A stretch of 64,000 nucleotides of DNA from Eledone cirrhosa (GCA_964016885.1 OZ024754.1:4402001-4466000); one strand, 5' to 3'; positions 25,444 through 40,087 are shown, counted from the first letter of the stretch. Notes: generated from the sequence alone by a model not told the origin. Made by a program: numbers and translations.

Positions 25444-25624
25444 AATATAAATAAATGATTATATATACATATATATGTATGTGTGTGTGAGTGAGTAAAC
25501 AAGCACACTTAGTTACGTTTTCGTTCAAAATGCAAAAAAAACGATTGAAGATATAAATATATACATACAAATATATATATATGTATGTAAAATAAAATGT
25601 GTGCATATATATATACATACAAAG

Positions 25625-25663
<39 letters not shown>

Positions 25664-25674
25664 TACACACAAAC

Positions 25675-25716
<42 letters not shown>

Positions 25717-25719
25717 AAC

Positions 25720-25759
<40 letters not shown>

Positions 25760-25762
25760 AAC

Positions 25763-25822
<60 letters not shown>

Positions 25823-26261
25823 AGACAATGCAACTCGAGAGTACATACGATTGTGTTGAGAAGATACGTTGAAATTTAAGAATATTTCAAGAAAAGGAGA
25901 AAGATTAGAATTATAGAGTTTGTGGGGACAGTACTTCAGTGAAAACATGGGAGAAAAACATCTGGTCTGAAAGACATAAAATTGACCAATATCAGCAGGG
26001 AATTAATTATTGTATTTCACTAAAAGTGAGGACATATTTTGTAAACCCTTTCGTCAGATGTAAGTGATTCAAAATAAGAATTTAAATCTCTATTATTCGT
26101 TGATCACGCGAGATATAATATTTGGTATTATATAACATATATATTTATTTTCACTATAAACAAAGTGTATAGAAATAGATATTTAGATGGATGGATGGAT
26201 AGACAAAGGGATAGGTAGATAGATAGATGTGTATTTCTTCCTATATATATATAGGTAGTTA

Positions 26262-26310
<49 letters not shown>

Positions 26311-26438
26311 CGAAGGAAATGTTGTAAGGAACCAGGTGGACCATAACGCACCAAAGTACTCAATACATTTATATATATATATATATATGATAATTTTCTC
26401 AGATGTGAGAAAAACAACAGACCCTCCATCTCAACTCA

Positions 26439-26476
26439 CCTTTTGAAAAGCAGAAGAACTGCGAAACCGGTAAAGG
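26439..26476 (+). ncRNA. Degenerate minimal hammerhead
   Basis: CCTT-TTGAAAA-GCAG-aagaa-CTGC-GAAA-CCGG-TA^AAGG; all three stems perfect, core differs from CTGAAGA at 2 positions. Confidence 0.7.
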
Positions 26477-26620
26477 AACCAATTAAATATATATATTTTA
26501 AAAAAAAAAAAAAAATAAAACTAAGACTCCAGTTGCATTTTCGATTTCATCTCTTTTTCTTTATACTTTCACTCGTGTAGGACACCTCGGTTATTTTTCA
26601 ATTTGTAAAAAAAACCTCAC

Positions 26621-26662
<42 letters not shown>

Positions 26663-26667
26663 GTGAG

Positions 26668-26672
26668 GTATA

Positions 26673-26717
<45 letters not shown>

Positions 26718-26862
26718 ATATTTATATATATATTTATATATTTATATTTATATATATATATATTTATATATATATATTTATATATATATTTATATATTTA
26801 TATTTATATATATATATTTATATATATATATTTATATATATATATTTATATATATATATTTG

Positions 26863-26913
<51 letters not shown>

Positions 26914-26992
26914 TTATATATATTTATATATATTTTTATATATATATATATTTATATATATATATATATTTTTATATATATATATATATTTT

Positions 26993-27045
<53 letters not shown>

Positions 27046-27082
27046 ATATTTATATATATTTATATATATATTTATATATATT

Positions 27083-27113
<31 letters not shown>

Positions 27114-27136
27114 TTATATATATATTTATATATATT

Positions 27137-27171
<35 letters not shown>

Positions 27172-27260
27172 ATATATTTTTATATATATATATATATTTT
27201 TATATATATATATATATATTTTTATATATATATATATATTTTTATATATATATATATATA

Positions 27261-27302
<42 letters not shown>

Positions 27303-27306
27303 TATA

Positions 27307-27349
<43 letters not shown>

Positions 27350-27398
27350 TTTTATATATTTATATATATATACATATATGTATATATTTTTATATATT

Positions 27399-27429
<31 letters not shown>

Positions 27430-27512
27430 TTATATATATATATATATTTATTTATATATATATATATACATATTTATTTATATATATATACATATATATA
27501 TATATATTTATT

Positions 27513-27547
<35 letters not shown>

Positions 27548-27563
27548 ATACATATATTTATAT

Positions 27564-27597
<34 letters not shown>

Positions 27598-27665
27598 ACA
27601 TATATATATACACATATATATATACACATGTATATATATATACATATATATACATATATATATAC
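26668..27665. repeat. (TA)n/(TTTA) compound microsatellite
   Basis: Direct inspection. Confidence 0.95.
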
Positions 27666-27915
27666 GATTAGACCTATCTTCCCACACTCACACACACACA
27701 TACCTACACCTTCATGCTTTCTCCCACACACATATACAGGCACGCATATAAAAATTTAAAAAACACAACAAAAACATAAACAAACCCCTCTTAAAGGGAG
27801 ACTACTCTTTACCCACCTAATTTTAATTCTTTGATATTAAAGTTAGAACTCTATACTATTTCCGGTCAGCATGGCTTCATTGGAAATTTAAGACGCTGGT
27901 CTGAGACTTTTACTT

Positions 27916-27952
27916 CCCTCCGAAGAAGAGATATTATCTCGAAAATTAAGGA
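27916..27952 (+). ncRNA. Degenerate minimal hammerhead
   Basis: CCCT-CCGAAGA-A-GAGATA-T-TATCTC-GAAA-AT-TA^AGGA. Confidence 0.55.
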
Positions 27953-28112
27953 CATTTAAATAAATTCAAGGTGAAAGACGAATTCTCATCAATATCTCTC
28001 ACTATTGCATTCTTTTTTCTATGTCCATATCTGCATTGTCTTGGCCTTATTACACATATTCTAACGTTTATACCTCATTACACAATGCTTCAAGTGAACT
28101 ATAACCTCCTCC

Positions 28113-29394
28113 ATATATATATACATATATATATACATATACATATACATATATATATACATATATACATACATATATATATACATATATACATACATAT
28201 ATATATACATATATACATATACATATATACATATATACATATACATATATACATATATACATATACATATATACATATATACATATACATATATACATAT
28301 ACATATATACATATATATATACATATATACATACATATATACATATACATATATATATACATATATACATATACATATATACATATATATATACATATAT
28401 ACATATATATATACATATATATATACATATATACATATATATATACATATATACATATATATATACATATATATATACATATATATATACATATATACAT
28501 ATATATATACATATATATATACATATATATATACATATACACATATATATATACATATACACATATATATATACATATACACATATATATATACATATAC
28601 ATATATACATATACACATATATATATACATATACATATATACATATATACATATATATATACATATATATATATACATATATATATACATATATACATAT
28701 ATATATACATATATACATATATATATACATATATACATATATATATACATATATACATATATATATACATATATATATACATATATACATACATATATAC
28801 ATATATATATACATATATACATACATATATACATATATATATATACATATATATATATACATATATATATACATATATATATACATATATACATATATAC
28901 ATATATATATACATATATACATATATATATACATATATATATACATATATATATACATATATATATACATATATACATATATATATACATATATATATAC
29001 ATATATATATACATATATACATATATATATACATATATACATATATATATACATATATATATACATATATATATATACATATATACATATACATATATAT
29101 ATACATATATATATATACATATATATATACACATATATATATACATATATACATATATATATACATATATACATATATATATACATATATATATACATAT
29201 ATACATATATATATACATATATACATATATATATACATATATACATATATATATACATATATATATATACATATATACATATATATATATACATATATAT
29301 ATATACATATATACATATACATATATATATACATATATACATATATATATAGATATATATATATACATATAGATATATATATATACATATATAT

Positions 29395-29445
<51 letters not shown>

Positions 29446-29528
29446 TACATATATATATACATATATACATATATATATATAGATATATATATATACATAT
29501 ATACATATACATATATACATATATATAC

Positions 29529-29576
<48 letters not shown>

Positions 29577-29580
29577 CTAT

Positions 29581-29623
<43 letters not shown>

Positions 29624-30420
29624 TACATATAGATATATATATATATACATATATATATACATATATACATATAGATATATATATATACATATAGATATAC
29701 ATATATACATATAGATATACATATATATATACATATATATATATATACATATATATATACATATATATATATATACATATATATATACATATATATATAT
29801 ATACATATATACATATATATATACATATATACATATATACATATATATATACATCTTTACATATATATATACATATATACATATATATATACATATATAC
29901 ATATATATATACATATATACATATATATATACATATATATATACATATATATATACATATATATATACATATATATATACATATATACATATATATATAC
30001 ATATATACATATATATATACATATATACATATATATATACATATATACATATATATATACATATATACATATATATATACATATATATATACATATATAT
30101 ATACATATATACATATATATATATACATATATACATATACATATATATACATATATATATAAATATATACATATATATATACATATATATATACATATAT
30201 ATATATACATATATATATATACATATATATATACATATATATATACATATATATATATACATATATATATATACATATATATATACATATATATATATAC
30301 ATATATATATATACATATATATATATACATATATATATATACATATATATACATATACATATATATACATATATATATATATACATATATATACATATAT
30401 ATATATACATATATATATAT
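28113..30420. repeat. 2.3-kb (CATATA)n/(TA)n microsatellite
   Basis: Direct inspection. Confidence 0.95.
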
Positions 30421-30593
30421 ATTGTTATACTTTGGGAGGGTCATGTTGCGAATAAGAAACACACGCACCAGTTGCTTTCACTTCAATTTATTATATATTT
30501 ATAAATTTATAAATTTACAAATCTACAAACCTATAAATTATAAATTTCTGGTTGGTTGGTTGGTTCCACAACCAGATAGTTGTTTATATATAT

Positions 30594-30638
30594 AGTCATA
30601 GTCCTTTCGTCACACACTCTGTGACCTCTTCAGTGACT
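30594..30638 (-). ncRNA. Hammerhead ribozyme in the Penelope pLTR
   Basis: AGTCA-CTGAAGA-G-GTCACA-gagtg-TGTGAC-GAAA-GGAC-TA^TGACT. Confidence 0.8.
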
Positions 30639-30915
30639 GGGGATTCCTTCCTTCGTTTCTGTGCCTTTTCTTTCTTCTATCCTACGCCATTTTGTTTCTG
30701 TGTGTGTGTTGTGTGCTCAGTTTGCGCATGTTCCACATCCGGGTGTCTGTGTGTGTTTGTGTTCATTTTTCTATTTGTTTATTTATTTATTGTTGGTTGG
30801 TTGTTTGTTCTATGTGTGTGTGTGTTTTCATTTTGTCCTGTGTGTGTTTTCATTTTGTGTGTGTTTTCAATTGTAAGTTGTTTGTTCTATGTCTGTGTGT
30901 GTTTTCATTTTGTCC

Positions 30916-31284
30916 TTAATTGTAAGTTGTGATGTTGCTGTTCCACTCATATTTTCTATTTAATTTTGGTTTTAATTCTTTTATGCTTACTGCCTCTGTA
31001 ATTTGCCTAAACATTGCGTCTTTTCTGTGCGTGGATTCTATTTTTATTCCTATGCTCTCTAATCTACCCCTGTGTTCTATCTTAGCATGTTGGTAGAGCA
31101 CAGATGATTCTTTATTATCTTGGAGGTCTCGCCAGTGTTCATTTATTCGTTCCCCTATACTACGAGCTGTCTCACCTATGTACACTATATTTTTGTTTCT
31201 ACATTGTCCTTCAGTACATCTTATGCTATACACTACATTTCTAGTTTTACAGTTAATATGGGGGCTTATTTTACAGGTTATACA
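30916..31284 (-). pseudogene. GIY-YIG endonuclease domain of a Penelope-like retroelement (truncated ORF)
   Basis: [13 protein letters not shown]...[16 protein letters not shown]...HAKIEH...RQITEAVSI...PKLN: VVY/YIG, Arg, Glu and Asn motifs. Confidence 0.9.
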
Positions 31285-31410
31285 TTTCTTATTGGCAACA
31301 TGACCCTCCCAAAGTATAACAATATCGGTTTCAACACACGATTTCAGATAAAGAATCTTGCTAAACAAATTCAGAAACGACATATATATATATATATACA
31401 TATATACATA

Positions 31411-31451
<41 letters not shown>

Positions 31452-32600
31452 ACATATATATATATACATATATACATATATATATACATATATACATATA
31501 TATATATACATATATACATATATATATACATATATACATATATATACATATATACATATATATATACATATATATATATACATATATATATATACATATA
31601 TATATACATATATATATACATATATATATACATATACATATATACATATATATATACATATATATATACATATATATATACATATACATATATACATATA
31701 TACATACATATACATATATATATACATATATATATACATATATATATACATATATACATATATATATATATACATGTATATATGTGTGTGTGTGAGTATT
31801 TTCCCCTACATATGTATATACGTTATGTGTGTGCACATATATACGTATCATATGAACGCACACTCATACATGTTTATACATATATACGTATCTATGTATG
31901 TACATATATGCCAATGAGTGGACTACATACAAGCAAATATATGTGTGCGTGTGTATATGTAAGAGAGAGACAGAGAGAAATAGAGAGAGGGGTGGGGGAA
32001 ACAAGATGAGAGAAATTTCATTACAAAATATAAAATACATCATTATATTTCTAACTTAGCAGAAAAAGGAAATTTAACATTCTATAATACAGACAAATAA
32101 TTTGGGAGGTGGAGGTGGGTGGAATGGCGTGGAATGGTGCTGGAGTGAGGACGGGGCTTCATTATAAAAGACATGATGAACAAAAAAAAAAGAAAAACCA
32201 TTCCCAAAACAATAAAATCTTGGACAAATTCGAAACAATCATTCTGAAAATGGTAAATGGATTTTGTAAAGTATTTCAATGGCGCTTCGAAGACAGCTAG
32301 AATGATATACTTGAGTACTTCACGGCATGATTTAGCCGGAGGATACGAAGCTATTGGATTATATTCGCTGAGTGTAACCATTTTGGGGGTAGTGGGTCAG
32401 TCAGCTTGTGTATGGTGGAACTGTCCATCCACCATACTAGCTACACATCTACTACCACCACCACTACCATCACCAGCACCAACACCAACGACACCACCGG
32501 GGGGCAAAATTTCATTCTGCCATACTAGATATTTTTGTATGTATATATATATGTGTGTGTGTATGTGTATGTATATATGTAAATATATAGGTATGTATGT

Positions 32601-32665
<65 letters not shown>

Positions 32666-33059
32666 GATCACCACGGTAGTGTTGGTGAGAAGAAGAAGAA
32701 GAAGAAGAAGAAGAAGAAGAAGAAGAAGAAGAAGAAGAAGAAGAAGAAGAAGAAGAAAAAGCAAGAAAAAAAAGAAAAAGAAGAAGAAGAAAAAGCAAGA
32801 AGAAAAAGAGAAAAAAAAAAAGAAAAGAGAAAAAGAAAAACAACAGCAACAAAAACAACAACTGCAACAACCACTATTACAACATCGAACGCTTGAAAAT
32901 TTCAAGTGTCCGAAGTTACATCAATTTTGGATGGCATGATGGATAGGTGGTGTGTGGGAGGGGGATAGAACCTAATGGTGGTGGTACTATTGATGGTGTT
33001 GATAGAGGTGGCTACGGTGGTTGCAGTGGTATTTATGAACGTAAGGGTTGAGCTGGAGG

Positions 33060-33529
33060 AGGTGGTAGTCGTGGTTGTAGTAGTAGAGTGAAGGTGTGGT
33101 GGTAGTGGCTGTGATGGTGCTGGCTGTGGTAGTGGTGATGGTCATGATGATGACGTGGTAGTTGTTGTAGTGGAGCGGAGTTGTGGTGGTAGTGGCTGTG
33201 ATGGTGCTGGCTGTGGTGGTGGTGATGGTCATGATGATGACGTGGTAGTTGTTGTAGTGGAGCGGAGTTGTGGTGGTAGTGGCTGTGATGTCAGTGTCTA
33301 TGGTGGTGGTGATGGTTATGGTTATGATGATGATGATGTGGTGGTAGTTGTAGTAGAGCGGGGGTGTGGTGCTAGTGGCTGTGGTGATGGTTATGATGAT
33401 GATGCGGTAGTTGTTGTAGTGGCAAGAAGGTGTGGCGGTAGTGGCTGTAGTGGTGATGGTTAGGATGATGATGCGGTAGTTGTTGTAGTGGCAAGAAGGT
33501 GTGGCGGTAGTGGCTGTAGTGGTGATGGT

Positions 33530-33545
<16 letters not shown>
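33060..33545. repeat. GT-rich triplet-derived tandem repeats (~66-87-bp units)
   Basis: Repeated GGTAGTGGCTGT..GATGATGA..GGTAGTTGTTGTAGTGG blocks. Confidence 0.8.
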
Positions 33546-33566
<21 letters not shown>

Positions 33567-33608
33567 TAGATAGAAATAACAGTGTTATACGTGGCTATAG
33601 TAAATATA

Positions 33609-33787
33609 ATTGTTTCTACTTTTGGCACAAGGCCAGCAAAATTAACCAGTACATTACTGGTACTTTATATTATCGACCTCGTAAGGGTGAAAGGCAAAGT
33701 TAACCTCGGCGGGATTTGAACTCAGATCGTAAAGGGACGTAACTATGCTGGAAAGCATGTCCCACCCTCTACCGATACTGCCAATTC
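33609..33787 (-). mobile_element. SINE family B
   Basis: Homology to 7258-7436. Confidence 0.85.
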
Positions 33788-34174
33788 GGTGTTGATGGGT
33801 TCGGGTTCGTGAAGGTGATAGTAGTGGTGGCGCTGATTATGACGGTAATGTTGATAGAGCCAGCTGTGTTAGAAGTGGTTGTAATGTTTGCAGTAGTATA
33901 TATAGATGGTTAGAGATCAAGCAAGTGAGTTTCATGGTTCTGGATGAAGATGAAATAACTGTAAACCAATTCCTAGCGTTCCCGTACGTGTGATTCAGTG
34001 ATTTAATCGCAGACTATACATTTTCGGTGAAACGAATATATTTGTGAAACAAATTCTATATAATTTAAGCATAAACGTATTATATACAGAACAAAAGTGT
34101 AGATACTTTCGTTGATAGATTGAGAGAGAGATTGATGATGTCATATATATATAGATATATATATATATATGTAT

Positions 34175-34363
34175 AACGAAGGAAATGTGGTAAGGGACCA
34201 GATGGACCATAACGTACCAAAGTACTCAATACTTAGGGTAGTAGAGTGGGTAATAGGAACGAGTCGGACCCCGACGGCTGAGCTCAAGCCATTTCGACGG
34301 CTAATTCTGGACTGAATTAGCCGTCGAAACGGTTTGAGCTCAGCCGTCGGGGTCCCACTCGTT

Positions 34364-34368
<5 letters not shown>
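34175..34368 (-). mobile_element. Family A fold-back element
   Basis: 34253-34307 is inverted relative to 34314-34368, loop TGGACT; (TA)n flanks. Confidence 0.85.
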
Positions 34369-34440
<72 letters not shown>

Positions 34441-34764
34441 ATATGTGAGAGAACTTGCAGGTATCTCACTAATGGTGTTGGCTTATCTTTGGCAATCGTT
34501 TACGATTTAAGACGGTGATGAGAAATATATGCATAATGGAGATATGTAACAGAAAATAAATAAAGTAAAAGAAACACAAACAAAAAAATCAAGGCAAAAG
34601 AAACTGTGGAAGATTAACGGAAATGACATGACGGATGATATGAAATTGATGTTTCTACTCAGTTATTTTGTACCTTTAGATAATGAGAGTGTGTCTTCGA
34701 CATAAGTTGTATACTGTGGGTGTTGTTTTATAGAAAGGATGTTATATATGTGTGTGTGTGTGAG

Positions 34765-34925
34765 TGTATCCCGGGTTCAACCACAGTAAGTAAGGTACTC
34801 AATACATAGAGTGTAAATATTTAATATAGGAATTGCTTCTACAGGACTAGAACTGTTTTATTCGAAGGCTTTCCTGATCAATTCCTTCGAATGAAACAGG
34901 TCTAGTCCTGTAGAAACCATTTCTC
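34765..34925 (-). mobile_element. Family D fold-back element
   Basis: GCTTCTACAGGACTAGA...TCTAGTCCTGTAGAAAC arms; CTGATCA-ATTC-cttc-GAAT-GAAA-CAGG-TC. Confidence 0.7.
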
Positions 34926-35473
34926 TCTCTCTCTATATATATATATATGTATACATATACATTCATACATTTCTTTTCTGGCACGGTTTCTAGTGTTGGT
35001 TTCGATCACAAGCTATTGTTTAAATAACTGATTCTAAATTTTAGGGCCACAAACAGCAACAAGAGATGGAGAGGATGAAGAAGGAAAATTCGATTAAATC
35101 GATACCAGCATTAGACAGGTACTTTATTTTATCTACTCTGGAAAGGTGTAATTCAATCGGCAGGATTTGGAATACATATTGCATATGTATTGACGAACAT
35201 GCTAAAGGGAGTTGGTGCCAGAATGTAGCATTGTTTCACATTCTGATTGGGATCCTTCAAAAATTGACAGTAGAGTGTATACCAGTATACTACGTCTAAA
35301 TATATTTGCTCAGGATTCAATGACAACCATTTCTATAGTACAGCATAAATGTCCTCTATTAACATCGAATGATTTAGTAGTGGAAAAAAGCAATATGGGA
35401 CGCTGTTGATTTTTTTATTGAGAAAGCAAGAAAAACATATCAGTTGTGGTACTGTTATTCCAAAAACACCTCT

Positions 35474-36101
35474 GCGGCTCAAGATATATTCTCTCTGCTA
35501 GGAACTAGATGCGGCTCAAGATATATTCTCCCTGCTAGGAACTAGATGCGGCTCAAGATATATTCTCTCTGCTAGGAACTAGATGCGGCTCAATATATAT
35601 TCTCTCTGCTAGGAACAAGATGCGGCTCAATATATATTCTCCCTGCTAGGAACTAGATGCGGCTCAAGATATATTCTCTCTGCTAGGAACAAGATGCACC
35701 TCAAGATATATTCTCTCTGCTAGGAACTAGATGCGGCTCAAGATATATTCTCCCTGCTAGGAACTAGATGCAGCTCAAGATATATTCTCTCTGCTAGGAA
35801 CTAGATGCGGCTCAAGATATATTCTCTCTGCTAGGAACAAGATGCACCTCAAGATATATTCTCTCTGCTAGGAACAAGATGCGGCTCAAGATATATTCTC
35901 CCTGCTAGGAACTAGATGTAGCTCAAGATATATTCTCTTTACAAGGAACTAGATGCAGCTCAAGATATGTTCTCTTTGCAAGGAACTAGATGCAGCTCAA
36001 GATGTATTCTCTCTGCTACGAACTAGATGCAGCTCAAGATATATTCTCTTTGCTAGGAACTAGATGCAGCTCAAGATATATTCTCTCTGCTAGGAACAAG
36101 A
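35474..36101. repeat. 37-bp minisatellite, about 17 units
   Basis: GCGGCTCAAGATATATTCTCTCTGCTAGGAACTAGAT at 35474, 35511, 35548 and onward; no spacers. Confidence 0.95.
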
Positions 36102-36309
36102 TTCTCCTCAGCAGCCACGTTTCCAGTGACACTGAACAGTTATAAACATCGATAGTTATTACATTTGTTCTTGTGAAGGTTTGTGATCTTTGTCTTTAAT
36201 ATACTCAGATACATAGGTGTAGAAAGGGGTTGCCATCCTCCTTAAGCTGGTCTGTAGGAATGCTATCCATCCAGGTACGGATGTAGGTTGCTATCACACT
36301 TAAGTAGCC

Positions 36310-36475
36310 TGTAAGAATGCTATCTATCCAGGTGCTTTGCCATATGGCATTATTATCACAACAGCAATCTGTTCAGGAATTGTCGGTGTTAGATCCAGTT
36401 CGGGCATTTCTGGAAAACTAGATGTACTTCTAATCACTTCATCACTGATAAGTATCGGTGATGCATAAATCAGGA
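36310..36475 (-). mobile_element. Old RTE-like LINE fragment (region just upstream of RT)
   Basis: Translation ISDEVIRSTSSFPEMPELDLTPTIPEQIAVVIIMPYGKAPG* aligns by eye to VSEDFLNLIPESPVKVALAEPPTLVEVAVAISKLNSGRSPG of the 284-3829 ORF. Confidence 0.55.
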
Positions 36476-37581
36476 TTCATGTACATATATAAAGAACGAA
36501 TGAAAATCATAATTTTGGCAGATTCATATTTCGAATCATAGTAGGGTGGTTTCCGACTAACAAACCTCCCCCTGGGGTGCAGAAAAAGAACAAGTGACAA
36601 TGTCCAATTCACGTACCTGAATCAATCGACTACTCCCCCATTATACTGCAATCCTTGAAAACGGAACCATTATGCCAGAAAAGGTCCATTGTGGCTGAAG
36701 AACAAAATATATTATATTGTAGAAATGCTATGAAAAGACGAAAAAAAATGTTACATTGAAACGCGGTATGGAAAAAAACATTCCCTTGTGAAATGGTATG
36801 GAAAATTATTACATAATAAATTGAATAACAAAACAATGCATTGAGCAATGAAACATCATTAGATAATGATTTCCGAATTATGCGTTAATGCTTCTTTGAG
36901 AATCACGAGAGTGAGAGGGTGGTGATGGGGATGAGAGATGCATTGTGGGAATAGGAATTTGTGACATTGTTAGATTACCATATCCCTTTCCTACGCCGTG
37001 AGCTACATTACTGAATGGAAAGCCACCCAGACCCATTACACTACACCAGTATGCGGTGCTGTGTTTTGTGCACAGGCCCCGCAGGTCTATAACGCAATAC
37101 ATGAAGCCATTTTCTTCAGCCTAGAAATCGAAAACTGGGTCACGGATATAATTCGCCGAGAACTTTACTGTTGTATCACACACTGTTTGCAATCTGTGTA
37201 ATGTTAGTAGTGCTTACAGTCCCTGCAGTGTCATACACGTAGATATATAATTAAATAACAATCTGTATGGCAATTCAATGTAGAATAAAAATAAACTAAA
37301 CGAAAAATCCGATAATGATTTCTTTAAACCATAGAGAGAGACAAGACAAGACACATTTCTGTTACGCTAGAGGGTATAGTCGATTAAATCAAGGCCTTAT
37401 ATTACTAGCAGTCATTTTATCGAGCCTCGATGGGGTACAGAAAAAGAATCGGATAGATATACAGAATGACAAAGATAGACACATAGACAAAGGGAAAGAC
37501 AATGGGGGGGGGGGACATAAAACTGAATACGTCCAAATACACCAGCTTGGTCTTTTCTTTAATTTTTCTTATTGAAATAAT

Positions 37582-37771
37582 TGTTTCTACTTTTGGCACA
37601 AGGCCAGCAATTACCCCAGTACATTACTGGCACTTTATTTTATCGACCCTGTAAGGATGAAAGGCAAAGTGAACCTCGGTGGGATTTTAACTTAGACCGT
37701 AAAGGGGCGTAACACTGTGCTACAAAGCATGGCATCCGACCTTCTACTGATACTGCCAATGCCCCGCCCTC
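37582..37771 (-). mobile_element. SINE family B with 15-bp TSD
   Basis: TSD TCTTATTGAAATAAT at 37567-37581 and 37772-37786. Confidence 0.88.
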
Positions 37772-38808
37772 TCTTATTGAAATAATCATGACTCACTTTA
37801 AACAAATGAAATCCTGATTTATTTTGCTTTGGGTAGTTTTGTGATCTCAATAGATTACTGGTACTTCTCTAACTGTCGTTAATATATCTTTAATGAAAAC
37901 AGTTTTGTGTCTTAGAACCAGCAGGGGTTTTCGGCAGTTCGGTATCAAAGGGGTTAAAAAACCAGGATGAATTAAAATCAAATATGTTTATTGTTGTTTT
38001 GGTTTCTTTTTTATGCAATCAGAGAGAAATATTTCGCTGTTCACATTTCTCTATTTTAACATATTTCCTCCCTCCTGGTCTGAATATGGCCAATTTATTA
38101 CAGAGTAATGAGAGCAATAAAGAGTGAGTGAGGAAGAGATATAGAGGAAGAATTGACACCAGTGTGTGACTGGTACTTTATGTATTGACAATGTAAGGAT
38201 GAAAGGCAAAGTTGACCATGGCGGCATTTGAAATCAGAGCATTGAGAACCGGCCCAAAGTCTGCAATGCGTTCTATTTCAACGATATAACTACTGCCAAT
38301 TTGTCACCTTCTTTCGTATTTTATATAGATATAAATTCCTACTATTTCAAATACATTATCATTTTATGGCATTTAACACTAACGTCCTTTATCACATGAA
38401 ACCACATTCCTTTGAAAGTTCGCATTAAACATGTTTTTAACTCTAATAGTGCAAATATTCATAATGATCTCTCCACTAGTAACGATATTACAAATATTTG
38501 AATTAACAAACCTGTTTTCAGATATTTTCTGCTAAATCTTTACAGGATGTTAAGAGTTAAGTAAAATATGACATTCTCTCTTATGATTATTTGTGGAACG
38601 TATTTTACTAGATTCGATTAAATATATTACGGTTTAATGTGATCTGTTAAAACAGACGGTTAAATAAGCATGGATAGATATTGATTATTACATAGTTGAG
38701 CCAAAAGTCGGTCATTCTTAAGGCATAGCTAAAGGTTGAACAATATAAACTCTATTTGAAGCATTTTATAATATATTCAAAAACAAGATATATCAACGAA
38801 ATTCTAAT

Positions 38809-39319
38809 TACCGCATTCCATGGCGTATAAAGCGGAAACACACCTATAATGTGAATTCTTAATTTGAAGAGAAAAATTCTTTACAAAAAGTATAATAACA
38901 ATAAAACTCAAAGTATTAAAATCTGGATGTATAAATTTTTTAGCCCCTCTTAATAGGAATTGTGTCATCACATACTTATATTATTGTATGAAAAAGAGGT
39001 AAATAAAAGAATAAAGTGTTTTCAAATTTTTAATAGAAGGAAAATCATAAGCTTTATGGTTTTAAAAAATTACCTTAATGGATGGAAACTCATTAAAAAA
39101 TCATAAATCACTCAACATTAGTGCTGCATTCTTGAAAACCTGGAAATTCGGTAATATTAAAGGCGTTACCTTTAAATATAAAATGTTTCCATTGCAAATT
39201 TAGTGGTTTGCATCTAAATATTAGAAAGAGGATCTCATATGCGCCTATAATGTGAGGGCTGCTTCCCAGAGCTATTTTTAATAACAAAGAGTGCGCATTA
39301 TACGCCGTGAAATATAGTA
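38809..39319. mobile_element. Possible old non-autonomous TIR DNA transposon (TA-flanked, Tc1/mariner-pogo-like)
   Basis: Degenerate TIRs TACCGCATTCCATGGCGTATAA versus reverse complement TACTATATTTCACGGCGTATAA. Confidence 0.45.
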
Positions 39320-39796
39320 ATTCTTATCTTAATGCAGACTTGCCAACCTCTAAAACACCATAAAAAAGGGTGCCTCCAAATCGGGAAAAAAATGAGGGAA
39401 AATGGGGAGATTTTACAGAATGAAAGATATTCTCATTTTCACGAGAGAAGATATCTCTCACCCAACCCAAAGTGGGTGAGAGATCTCCCCGTCGGTCGGG
39501 GAGAGTTGACAATTTTTTTAATGTTACATATTATGAAATATTTCAATATCTTTCGACTTGTCTGTTTTGAGTATTGTAAATAGAAATTTAATCTAGGTAA
39601 GAAATTAAAAAAAAAGACAACTGAATTAATATTTAATTAGTAATATATAATTAAGATTTAATATATAATTACTAATATTTAATTTTTAGACAACCCTAGC
39701 TAAATCAGTTTGTTCATGTCGAAGAATTTATACTAAATGAAGAGAAAAGATTTATTACGAAATAAACTATGATTCATGCCAAGAGTTAACTCATGT

Positions 39797-40012
39797 AGGG
39801 CGTTGGGCTGGTAAAATCATCAGAGCATTGGACAATATAATTTGTTATGTTCCTGAGTTCAAATCCCACCGAGGGCAACTATGACTTTCATCCTTCCGCG
39901 GTCGATAAAACATGGTACCAGTCTAATACTGGGGATTTATGTAATAAACTAACATCCCTCCACTCATCCCAGCCCCAATTACTTGGCTGGCGTTGTGCCC
40001 AAATTAGAAAGC
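39797..40012 (+). mobile_element. SINE family B, diverged
   Basis: GAGTTCAAATCCC...CTTTCATCCTTCCGCGGTCGATAAAA...TTGTGCCCAAATTAGAAA. Confidence 0.7.
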
Positions 40013-40035
40013 AATATATATATATATATATATGT

Positions 40036-40087
<52 letters not shown>

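Larger units (their letters stand above)
30421..31380 (-). mobile_element. 5'-truncated Penelope-like element: GIY-YIG C-terminus, 3' pLTR and inverted pLTR piece at the 5' end
   Basis: 31285-31323 is the reverse complement of 30421-30459 and extends to 31380; GIY-YIG coding region between; hammerhead in the pLTR; (TA)n on both flanks. Confidence 0.9.

Noticed and set aside
26663-30468. Long ORFs (up to 769 aa) of Y/I/M/C/H/T residues, and similar ones throughout the window
   Set aside because: Translations of (TA)n/(TACA)n/(TG)n microsatellites that happen to lack stop codons; not genes.
30916-31863. 315-aa ORF as a complete gene
   Set aside because: Only 30916-31284 is coding; the rest reads through an inverted pLTR piece and a microsatellite.
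35474-36101. 37-bp repeat as a CRISPR array
   Set aside because: Contiguous units with no unique spacers, no cas genes, eukaryotic context.
36990-37200. Possible host exon in a locally GC-richer stretch
   Set aside because: Stops in all three minus frames after the candidate acceptor and no recognisable peptide; small exons elsewhere cannot be excluded without RNA data.
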